Source of the DNA: Amoebophrya sp. A120
Taxonomy: Eukaryota; Protista; Dinoflagellata
Direction: 5' to 3'
Length of the DNA: 64,000 nucleotides
Assembly: GCA_905178155.1 (NCBI GenBank)
Contig: CAJINV010000007.1
Span: 3,986,265 to 4,050,264, forward strand
Below are positions 54,701 through 64,000 of the stretch, one piece after another. The translations under genes and the position numbers were made by a program. Every line of letters begins with the position of its first letter. Position 1 is the first letter of the stretch. A model generated the notes under the pieces. It saw only the letters and a list, made by a program, of their open reading frames with translations. It was not told the origin of the DNA and searched no databases.

Positions 54701-57700
54701 GGTCTATGCATTGCACACATGTAGTCTGGGTCTCAAACAAAACAAGGATGCAAGAAGGTTCGTCATGCTTGTCTCGCATGACTGAAGAGCGTGCGACGCG
54801 TGTCCAAGGAGCGGCGACCCTTTTGCTTGTCAACATGCACGACGCAGCTTGTCTTCATTCGGAAACCGAAACACCAAAGTGCAACACTAAGCCGCGCAAA
54901 TATTTCTCATGCTTACAGAGCATCAGCATTCTTTCACTACAAGGCCGCAGCTTATGTCGCGCAGTGGGAGGGCGAACGAGTGGACAGGGGGGAAAGAAAA
55001 TTCGCCAGAGGATGGGCACGGGGAAAGATTTCTGATGCAGGGTGGGGCCAAGCATCTGCGCCGTTTCTTGTTGAAAGAACCAATGTGGTGCGCCATGGAG
55101 CCCGTGGCCCCCGTCCTTGTGCGAGCGTGAGGACCTCGCCCGCATTGGGCGCGCGCCCTAGGCGGCAAGCCTTAGGCCCAACAACGCCAAGCGCGGCAGC
55201 GGGCGGGCGCCACTGGACGGGGGAAGCAAGAAAGCAGGAGAACAGCCCGCGCCATGCGTGGCATTGGCGCGTGACGCCCCGCCCGCGCGTCTGTTGTGTG
55301 GCCCGTCCGTGAAGCCTGCCGGTGCGCCCCGCGCCGGCCGCTCCTGCACGCCTTGGCGCCCCCACTCCTTCTTCTCCCGCGCGCAGCCTTGCAGAGCAGA
55401 GGCTTGCTGGGGCCCCTGCCGCGCGCGTGGATACATAGAGGACGGGCGCCGGGGCGGGGCATCGCTAGCTTTCGAGGCGCAGGGGCCCACCACCCTCCCC
55501 CCGCACCCCCGGACAGCAGCGGCGCCCCACGCGTTAGCTTGCATGCAATCCGTGCCGCCCCCGGGTCTCCTCGCGCGCAGCTTCCAAGAGGCGGCGGACG
55601 GTGGCGCCCTCTGTCTGCCCGTCTCCTCGTGAAGAGGGGGAGGGCTCCGGGGGAGAGTGTTGGGCTGGCAGCTGCTCGCCTGGTGGCGGGGCGCGGCTTT
55701 GTTTCCCCCGGGGGCGGGCTGATGCTTCCCGGCTTCCTTCGCGGCCCCCTCGTGTTTCCCGCTTTCCATGTGCTTCCCGCCTTCCCCGTGCTTCCCGCCT
55801 TCCCCTTGCTTCCCGCTTTCCCCGTGCTTCCTGCTTTCCCCGTGCTTCCCGCTTTCCCCGTGCTTCCCGCTTTCCCCGTGCTTCCCGCTTTCCCCGTGCT
55901 TCCCGCTTTCCCCGTGCTTCCCGCTTTCCCCGTGCTTCCCGCTTTCCCCGTGCTTCCCGCTTTCCCCGTGCTTCCCGCTTTCCCCGTGCTTCCCGCTTTC
56001 CCCGTGCTTCCCGCTTTCCCCGTGCTTCCCGCTTTCCCCGTGCTTCCCGCTTTCCCCGTGCTTCCCGCTTTCCCCGTGCTTCCCGCTTTCCCCGTGCTTC
56101 CCGCTTTCCCCGTGCTTCCCGCTTTCCCCGTGCTTCCCGCTTTCCCCGTGCTTCCCGCTTTCCCCGTGCTTCCCGCTTTCCCCGTGCTTCCCGCTTTCCC
56201 CGTGCTTCCCGCTTTCCCCGTGCTTCCCGCTTTCCCCGTGCTTCCCGCTTTCCCCGTGCTTCCCGCTTTCCCCGTGCTTCCCGCTTTCCCCGTGCTTCCC
56301 GCTTTCCCCGTGCTTCCCGCTTTCCCCGTGCTTCCCGCTTTCCCCGTGCTTCCCGCTTTCCCCGTGCTTCCCGCTTTCCCCGTGCTTCCCGCTTTCCCCG
56401 TGCTTCCCGCTTTCCCCGTGCTTCCCGCTTTCCCCGTGCTTCCCGCTTTCCCCGTGCTTCCCGCTTTCCCCGTGCTTCCCGCTTTCCCCTTTTCCCCGTG
56501 CTTCCCGATTGCCAAATATTTTGGGGGTTGCCGAATTTTTTGGGGATTGCCAAATATTTTGGGGATTGGGAAATGTTTTGGGGATTGCAAAATATTTCGG
56601 GGATGGCAAAATATTTTGGGGATTGCAAAATATTTCGGGGACTGCAAAATATTTCGGGGATTGCAAAATATTTTGGGGGTCGCAAAAGATTTCGGAGATT
56701 GCAAAATATTTCGGGGATTGCAAAATATTTCGGGGATTGCAAAATATTTCGGGGATTGCAAAACATTTCGGGGATTGCAAAATATTTCGGGGATTGCAAA
56801 ATATTTCGGGGATTGCAAAATATCTCGGGGATTACAAAATATTTCGGGGATTGCAAAATATTTTGACGATTGCAAAATATTTCGGGGATTGCAAAATATT
56901 TCGGGGATTGCAAAATATTTCGGGAATTGCAAAATATTTCGGGGATTGCAAAACATTTTGGGGCGGGAAATATCGGCCGTTGGCCGTTTGCGATTTGTTC
57001 GTTGGCCGTTGGCCGTTTGCGATTTGGGCGCTTGCGATTTGGCCGTTGGCCGCTGGCCGTTTGCGATTTGGCCGCTGGCCGTTTGCGATTTGGCCGTTGG
57101 CCGTTTGCGATTTGGCCGCTGGCCGTTTGCGATTTGGCCGCTGGCCGTTTGCGATTTGGCCGCTGGCCGTTTGCGATTTGGCCNNNNNNNNNNNNNNNNN
57201 NNNNNNNNNNNNNNNNNNNNNNNNNNNNNNNNNNNNNNNNNNNNNNNNNNNNNNNNNNNNNNNNNNNNNNNNNNNNNNNNNNNNNNNNNNNNNNNNNNNN
57301 NNNNNNNNNNNNNNNNNNNNNNNNNNNNNNNNNNNNNNNNNNNNNNNNNNNNNNNNNNNNNNNNNNNNNNNNNNNNNNNNNNNNNNNNNNNNNNNNNNNN
57401 NNNNNNNNNNNNNNNNNNNNNNNNNNNNNNNNNNNNNNNNNNNNNNNNNNNNNNNNNNNNNNNNNNNNNNNNNNNNNNNNNNNNNNNNNNNNNNNNNNNN
57501 NNNNNNNNNNNNNNNNNNNNNNNNNNNNNNNNNNNNNNNNNNNNNNNNNNNNNNNNNNNNNNNNNNNNNNNNNNNNNNNNNNNNNNNNNNNNNNNNNNNN
57601 NNNNNNNNNNNNNNNNNNNNNNNNNNNNNNNNNNNNNNNNNNNNNNNNNNNNNNNNNNNNNNNNNNNNNNNNNNNNNNNNNNNNTGGCCGTTGGCCGTTG

Positions 57701-60700
57701 GCCGTTGGCCGTTGGCCGTTGGCCGTTGGCCGTTGGCCGTTGGGCGGTGAGCGATTTCGCAAATCGCGACAGCTTTAAAAAGTTTGAAAAGTGTTAAAAA
57801 CTTTTCGGCGTGGGCGATTTTCCTCCCTGTTGCAAAATTTTAACTGCCCCCGCTCAGCAATAGGAGTTATAATTCACAACTCAGAATTACAAGCTTCCAG
57901 ACCCAGACACATTTGCATCTGATAAAGTCGCGCAGCTTACCGCTCTGCCGGAATTTGCGTTGGACCGGATGGACCACATCGCGGACCGCTTGTGTCATTT
58001 CGTGTACACGTAAGAGAGTGCACACCTCCTCCTCCCCCGCATTTGGATGGCACCCGCAGCTCTTGCATGACAAATTTGCGACCGATCGCAAGGCTCTCTC
58101 GGCTTCAGGAGTCTGTCACGGAAGCAGCGCCATAGGGCAAAGGTAGTGCTCTGTATTTTGCGTGACAAATGTTTGTGAGGGGAAGTTGTGCACTCTGATA
58201 ACACCCAGGTGGTGCATGAACTGCACGCGGAGGAGAGCATCAGACTGATGGCGACCTGCGTCTTCGCAAACCGGCACTTCATCGGTATGCATTGCAAAAG
58301 TATCGTAAACTCGCCGAAATTGTATCAGTGCAGGTTGCCTCTGCAATGCAATAATGAATGTAATGTAAAAATTCAGTTGAAGAACAAAAAGTAGATTTGT
58401 GATGCACATCTGTAAGGATTACAATAGTCCGAGGATAACTTCAATCTTTTGCAATTCATAATCGACATTGAGCGGCAAATCCACGAGCAGACGCTGGAGT
58501 TTCTCGCGGAGGAGAACAAGCGAAGAAGCTGTCCGACCTTTGCCAACGTGCTCGACTTATCCTGTGTAAAAGTATCGTACTCGTAGTAATCGCAGTCATG
58601 CATTACAAATCTCACTCCTAACCTAAATATCCATTACAAATTCCATTTTTCATGCTGAGGGAATTTGTCATGCGATTTCTACTAGTGCGTTGCTTTTGCA
58701 TTTCATACGACTGGAATTACTCCAGGGCAAGGGAGCAGGTGCGGGAAGAGATCTTGCGGGACGAGCGCAAACTGGTCGGGATGGAGGTCCTTTCAAAGTC
58801 CTCTGCGGAGATCGAACAGCACGAAGATAAAACGCGGACAGAGGGGATAGATGTTGAATCGGAAGATGCTGCTGGCGGTGAACAAGGAGCGCAAGAAGCA
58901 GATGTTGATGAAGAGAAACCAAAAAGACTAGAACGCCGAGAAGATGGTGCATTTTGGAAACTACAACAAGACCCAGGAAATAAAGCCATCAACATCGACG
59001 ACAAACAACGTGTAACCACACTGAAGGCGCCCAAACAAGATGCGGCCACGCTCACAGCAGTGAATGAGCACGGCGAGGCTGCTCTCCACAGCCGGAAAGT
59101 AGCTGCTGCAAAAGAAGGCGAGGAGGTGCATTTCATCTCGACAGAATCAGGCTCCGTGTTAGACAATCTCTTGACAAAAATGTTGGACGGCGACCATTTT
59201 GTAGACAAGATAATCAGCCACGAGAAAAAGCTGACGCGGGAAGAAGAAAACATGTTGTTGCTTCTTTCGCACACTGATTCAGCATCAGCTGCAAATCTTC
59301 CCACGGAGTTTTCTTCTTTCAAAGCGAAGCTGGAAAAAGTCGCCGGAAAAATACATCCAGCCGCGGCCGCTGCAGCAAGTGCTAAAGCTGAACGTGGTAG
59401 GAACAATATCAAACAAGTTGAGTCGACGTCGCGTGGTGGAGCTGGTGCAGCTACATCTGCAGGGAGTAGTACCGCAGCGTCTTCTTCCGCAGCAGTGGTT
59501 CCTGCAGATGATGAGGAGCACAGACCTCCACAGGAGACAAGTGACGCCGGTGCACTGCCGCTAGAGCAGAGCAAGCAAATAAACACGACAAGCAGCTCCA
59601 GCAGCACGGCTGGCAGTGCAACCACTGGCAAGCTGAGCAAAACGCAGAAGAAGAATCTGCGGAAGAAACGGCTGAAGCTGGAGCAAGAGAAACTGGAACA
59701 AGAGCAGCACCAGCGGCAGCAGCAAGAGATAGAAGAACCACTATTAAAAGAGGAAGGAGTAGATTCCTTATCGGTGCTTGAAGACGAGGGCAGCAAAAAA
59801 GTGATCGCGGCAGATGAGACTACTTCTGCCACGGATAGCACAATGGAAGATCCTGTAGATGGCGGGAAAGAGGACAAAGACAAAAAAGCGTTGATACAAT
59901 CGATCCTGCAGAATGGCGGTGATAATATTGAAGAATACATTTTAAAGGTCCTCCAGAACGATTCATCATCTTCTGCTGCTAGAATCAGAAGTATGATTGA
60001 AAATAAAAGAAAAACACTGCCGGATGCTGAGTCTAGAAGTTTATCTCCTCCGGTACTAGAAGAAGTACTAGATAATTCGAGTTGTCCGGGCACGACCAGC
60101 ACGACCGGCCGAACCACCAGCATTGTGCTCTTCCAGAAGTCAGGCAAAGCTAAACTACAGCCTTCGTGTTCTACGAAAGACGTCGTACCAGCTGAACAAG
60201 CTCCTGCTCGCAGTATTCGGGACGAAATGCAAGAGGTCTACAATGCCAGTTCTCCCAGCGGTACTAGCGGCCGGTCCGCAAGGATGCGGAAAGTGATCGG
60301 CAAGGTGCTCCTCGGAGGTGGAAAAAGAAAAACCAGGGACGAGGTGCTGGATCTTCCCGTTAGTCACTTCGGGACCAGCACCGAGGACGCCATGATGACT
60401 TTTTTGATCAATCACTGTCAAGAGGAGCTCGACAGCATGTCCTCTGACGAAGAGCAGGAAAAGACACCGGACTGCGTTGTTTTGCTGCACTCCGAGAAAT
60501 TGGGACGTCGCATGGTCCTAACGAAAAGCGACATTTCGAACGGCTTTCTCCGCTTGAACAAAGTAACCGAGGGCGACTACGTCCAGACCGAGCTGCCGCC
60601 ACCCGGTGTCGAAACGGAGAAGGCGGCGAAGTTGGTAAACAAATTTTGGAAATGGCGGGACTGGGATCCTAAGCTGTTCTCGAGTACCCCGGACGCGCTC

Positions 60701-63700
60701 AAGTTACTGAAGCAGACCGTTAAAGATTTAGTCGCGTCATCGGATTTCGCGCAATTGTTCAAGAATAAAGACGGAACCAAGAAGGATGGAGATGTTGACT
60801 CAACGACCGTCGAAATATCAAAGCGGGAGGAACAGAACAAAGTGTCGTTGACAGCTTCTAAGGGTACTTCTAAGGAGAAGCCGCCTACTGTTGAGCAAAA
60901 AGGAAAGACGGCGGTGGTGGATACTATGAAGGAACTCAAAGACCTACGTCGAGAAAAACAGGAAGAAACTCTCCGCAGTTTCATGCAGAATTTAGACGTC
61001 GCTGCCATGTCTAAAAAGGGCTACACGATAGAGCTGTGTAGCCCAGAAAGGTACCAACAAGTTGTGTCGTCTTGGAAGCTGCAGGATCAGGCTTCTACTT
61101 CCATTGCCACTGCCAAAAATGCTTGCGAGAAGGAAAAAATTGATGACAATGGTTCCAACGCGGGCGACAACACTACTAGTGCTGCAACGAAAACTGCTGC
61201 CTCCTCGTCCTCCAGAAGTTCTTGTAAAAATACTGATCGACGCACAACAACCGGTACTGCTGGCGGCGCAGACCACGAGATTGTTGCAGCAGAAGAAACT
61301 GGCGGGCGGGGCTCAGGTGGTGTTGGGGAAGTAGAAGGTGTGGAACAGCAAGGCGTCAAGACTTGTTCGTCGACGAAACGAAAACCGGAAAAGGCATCGC
61401 TGAAAGAAAAAGACTTTTACGCCCGGATGTTTGCGCGCGACAAGCAAAAAAAGGAGGAGAAGCAACAGGAACAGGAACAGCATCAACAAACTAACTTGCA
61501 AATAAAGGAGTTGCAAGCATCAAGAGTTGTGGACGAGGAGGAGCTTGCGGAGATGGTGGACCAACAGGAGCAGGATGTCATGGGAGATAAGAGACAAGAC
61601 GGCGACCACGAGGAAATGGATGTGGACTCTACTGCTGGACATGAAAACGAAAGCGAGTCCGCAGGTCGTGATCTTGAAAAAAGAAAGACCGACCGTCCGG
61701 ATATGACGGACTTTTTTGAGATTGCAGAAGACGCGGAAGAGGACGAGTGGCTGATTTCCAAGGCGAGCAACGCCAAAAGCGATGAAAGCGCGACTGATCG
61801 ACGCTCTCCTGGTCGTGCACGTAGTCGCTCTGTTTCATCTTCTTCTAGCTGTATTTCCTCGTGCGTGGAAGAAGTGGTAGAAGATCCGATGGCGCAGCCA
61901 AAGTCGCACACAGAGGAGGACTCTTCCATGCTTACAAGTCATATTACCCCTGCAGCCGTTGCGAAGGCTTTGTCTATATTGAAAAAGGGAGCCGACTCTC
62001 CTCTTCGCGCCGTGAACAAGCCACTCGTATCCGCGGCCTCGCAGAAGGACGATGAAATGCAAGACATCAAAACAACTGCCACGCAGCAGGCGAAGAGCAG
62101 CAGCACGACAACCACTAGAAGTGCAGCAGAGGCGGCTGACGTGAATAAACAGAGGACCACAGGAGCCAGCAAAGCGTCAGCCAGTACAACGAAATCTTCG
62201 AAAGCGACACCCGGTGCAGCTTCCGGGAATAAATCGAAGGCGAAAGCCAGTGCAGCTGCATCAAAGTCAAAGAAGTCGAAGGCTACTGCTTCCACCAAAT
62301 CCGGAACCGCTGTCGCTGGTGCAGCCGACGACACAGCGGATGCGGAAAAGGAAGCGGAAAACAAAAAAAAGAAAATAAAAGTAAAGAAAAAGCCTGTCGG
62401 GGAAGCATTGAAAGCGCTTCAGGAAAAAGTTGAAATCAGCGCGGCTGTGGATGTGGTGGTGGAGGAAGATGCTGATGTTGGTGTGGTGGTTGCAGGTAAA
62501 AATATTACAGTAGAAGACGCAGCAGAACAAATTGAGGAACGACCTGCTTTGCCTGTAGCTGAGGAAGACGAAGAGCAAGTACTAGATCATGACCGCAGCA
62601 CATCAACGCCTGTGCCGGCTGCAGCAAAGGAGAATAAAAATGCAAGCAATACGACAGTGGATGTTGACGAAAAAAGGAAAAAGAAGGCGAGCAATCGAGA
62701 CAAGGAAGCATTGGAGAAAAAGGAAAAGAAAAGCAAAAAATTGGCCAAGCGCGAGAAGAAGGAGCAGAAAAAACTCAAAAAGGCTCAGCAGCAGGAACAG
62801 CAGCAGCTCCAGCAGCGGAGTTTATTGTCTGCTGCCGACGGTCGTCATGAACAGCAACAAGGTGAGCAGGAGGGCATTGACGCGCCGGAAGATGAACAAG
62901 ACGACAGCTCTGACGAAGACTTGTCGACCGGGACACCCGCCTGCATCTTTGGGGAGGGGTCAAGATTTGGCTTCCGAAATCTCACGGAGCGGCCGCGGCA
63001 GAAGATCAAAGCTGTTCTTGTTGAAAACCAAATGGTCGACGACGAGGAGGAGGACGAATCAAGTCGGAAGGACGAGCCGGAAGTAGAGTTGCATGTAGCT
63101 GACCTTCTGCTTGAGGGGACCACATTGGAGGAAACAAAATCTGATGAAGCAACTGCGAACGACGAAAAATCAAAATCTGAAAGAACTGCGAACGACGAAA
63201 AAGATGTCGTTGAAATAAACAGAATGCCCATCCTGGCGACGGACGAAGCCACCGGTTGTTCTCATGGTCAAGCTTCTCCAGCAGCTGCTTTGTCCACTGG
63301 CGCAGAACCACCTACGGAGGAAGCGAATCGCGAAGAAAACGAGCAGCAGGAGACGAAGAACGAAACTGCACCGGATGAAACAGTCGAAGGCGAAAGCAAA
63401 ACTGTCAAGGGGCATCAAGATAATGATAATGCGACGACATTAGATGATAAGGAAACGCCCGCGCGCAAGAACTACTTGCAAGTCGTGCAGCAAGAAGCTG
63501 GGCTACAACTACATGGTTGTGATGTTGAGCAGATTAAGCAAGAGGTGACTGATGTGGTTGCTCTTGAAGAAAGTTTGTCCTCCTCAGCGGCGCAAACGAA
63601 AAAGAAAGAGCACGACCACAGCAAGGTCGATCGCCGCGACGATGATATTCCTGCGCAGGGCGAGCAAGAGGACGACTTGGTGGAGCAACACAGAAAAGGT

Positions 63701-64000
63701 CTAGTATCATTTCGAGATCAACAAGAACGTCCTGAAGCGCAAGAACCGTCTGCTCCGAGCAACAAGGACCAACCGGCCGCGGGGGTGTTTGAAGTAGAAG
63801 ATGTGGCCGCGCAAGATGTTGAACCATCGAGATCATTTGACGAACAAGATGAAAGCGGAAACTCATCTTGCGACAGTCACACTTCTAAAGGCTACGACAA
63901 TGAACATGAAGCTCCCGTGATGACGGAGGTGGAGGACGAGTCAGCTCACGAACTGGCGATCATGAAAATGAAATCTCAGCGCGAGGAGGAAATGAAGCAA
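48788..64000 (+). CDS. Giant acidic/charged low-complexity hypothetical protein, >3,700 aa, 3' end beyond window
   Basis: Likely ATG 48788 ([11 protein letters not shown]); exons 48788-53386, 53555-54379, 54543-54704, 57930-58010, 58206-58285, 58466-58557, 58713-64000 join in frame. The last exon appears open to the window edge (spot-checked), which would explain its absence from the ORF track. No domain recognised. Confidence 0.75.
53387..53554 (+). mobile_element. Introner, 168 bp
   Basis: tatgcattgcaaaa..atcgttgtact / agtacaacgatcgatgctttcgcagggcatc; DR cgatt/cgctt; gives SSIYHSAAL. Confidence 0.8.
54380..54542 (+). mobile_element. Introner, 163 bp (TATCCTGTGCAAAAGTA family)
   Basis: tatcctgtgcaaaagtatcgtact / agtacgatactcttgcaattcata; DR aaaca/aaaca. 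Confidence 0.9.
55751..56507. repeat. 18-bp minisatellite (cccgtgcttcccgctttc), about 40 near-perfect copies
   Basis: Directly visible; gives spurious GESGKH/PAFPVL repeat ORFs. Confidence 0.97.
56508..56962. repeat. 19-bp minisatellite (ggggattgcaaaatatttc), over 20 copies
   Basis: Directly visible; shares the tgcaaaatattt core with the 17-bp array at 38893. Confidence 0.95.
56975..57742. repeat. ttggccg heptamer / 22-bp ttggccgctggccgtttgcgat array spanning assembly gap 57184-57684
   Basis: Same array type follows the first gap at 39752-39810. Confidence 0.9.
58011..58205 (+). mobile_element. Introner, 195 bp (AGTGCACAACT family)
   Basis: taagagagtgcacacctcc / ggaagttgtgcactctgata; DR acacg/acacc; gives HFVYTQVVHEL. 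Confidence 0.85.
58286..58465 (+). mobile_element. Introner, 180 bp (TGCAAAAGTA family)
   Basis: tatgcattgcaaaag / cttttgcaattcata; DR atcgg/atcga; gives RHFIDIERQ. Confidence 0.85.
58558..58712 (+). mobile_element. Introner, 155 bp (TATCCTGTGCAAAAGTA family)
   Basis: tatcctgtgtaaaagtatcgtactcgt / actagtgcgttgcttttgcatttcata; DR cgact/cgact; gives VLDWNYSR. Confidence 0.88.

Larger units (their letters stand above)
54937..57874. mobile_element. Non-autonomous satellite-carrying interspersed element, copy 2
   Basis: Homologous ends and GC-rich body to 37090-39943. Confidence 0.75.
54705..57929 (+). mobile_element. Introner (TCTGGGTC family) expanded to ~3.2 kb by a nested satellite-carrying element
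   Basis: tatgcattgcacacatgtagtctgggtct / agacccagacacatttgcatctgata; DR cggtc/aagtc; removal gives [13 protein letters not shown]. Confidence 0.75.

Noticed and set aside
56975-57742. Telomeric repeat or chromosome end
   Set aside because: ttggccg is not a recognised telomere unit, and the array is internal to a dispersed element with unique sequence on both sides.
55158-57797. Long ORFs with GESGKH, PAFPVL and RASRFP repeats in all frames
   Set aside because: They are translations of 18- and 19-bp minisatellites and an N gap inside an intron, not genes.

Overview
Eukaryotic genomic DNA with two assembly gaps. All recognisable genes are on the + strand. Gene style and intron type point to a syndinian dinoflagellate such as Amoebophrya (inference only). 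The dominant feature is a set of 32 non-canonical, transposon-like introns (introners). Each is bounded by terminal inverted repeats (TIRs) that start with TA and usually end with TA, plus a 5-bp target-site direct repeat (DR), and none has a fixed AG acceptor. Removing each element plus one DR copy joins the broken ORFs in frame. This rebuilds (i) the 3' part of a ~3,000-aa Cys-rich PAN/Apple + F5/8-like surface protein with 10 introners, (ii) a ~5,250-aa ABCA transporter with 15 introners and (iii) a >3,700-aa acidic low-complexity protein with 6 introners. A Rab2-like GTPase instead has ordinary GT-AG introns. Mismatches between DR copies place the splice junction one base before the TIR, so introns read N-TA...TA-NNNN. 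One introner family occurs in both orientations, and a TTTGTCATGCA motif is shared across unrelated TIR families. Two copies of a ~2.9-kb satellite-carrying element are present, one nested inside an introner. All splicing is inferred from reading-frame and motif restoration, with no RNA evidence. Introner coordinates run from the first T of the left TIR to the last base of the right DR copy; the inferred spliced intron is shifted 1 nt to the left.
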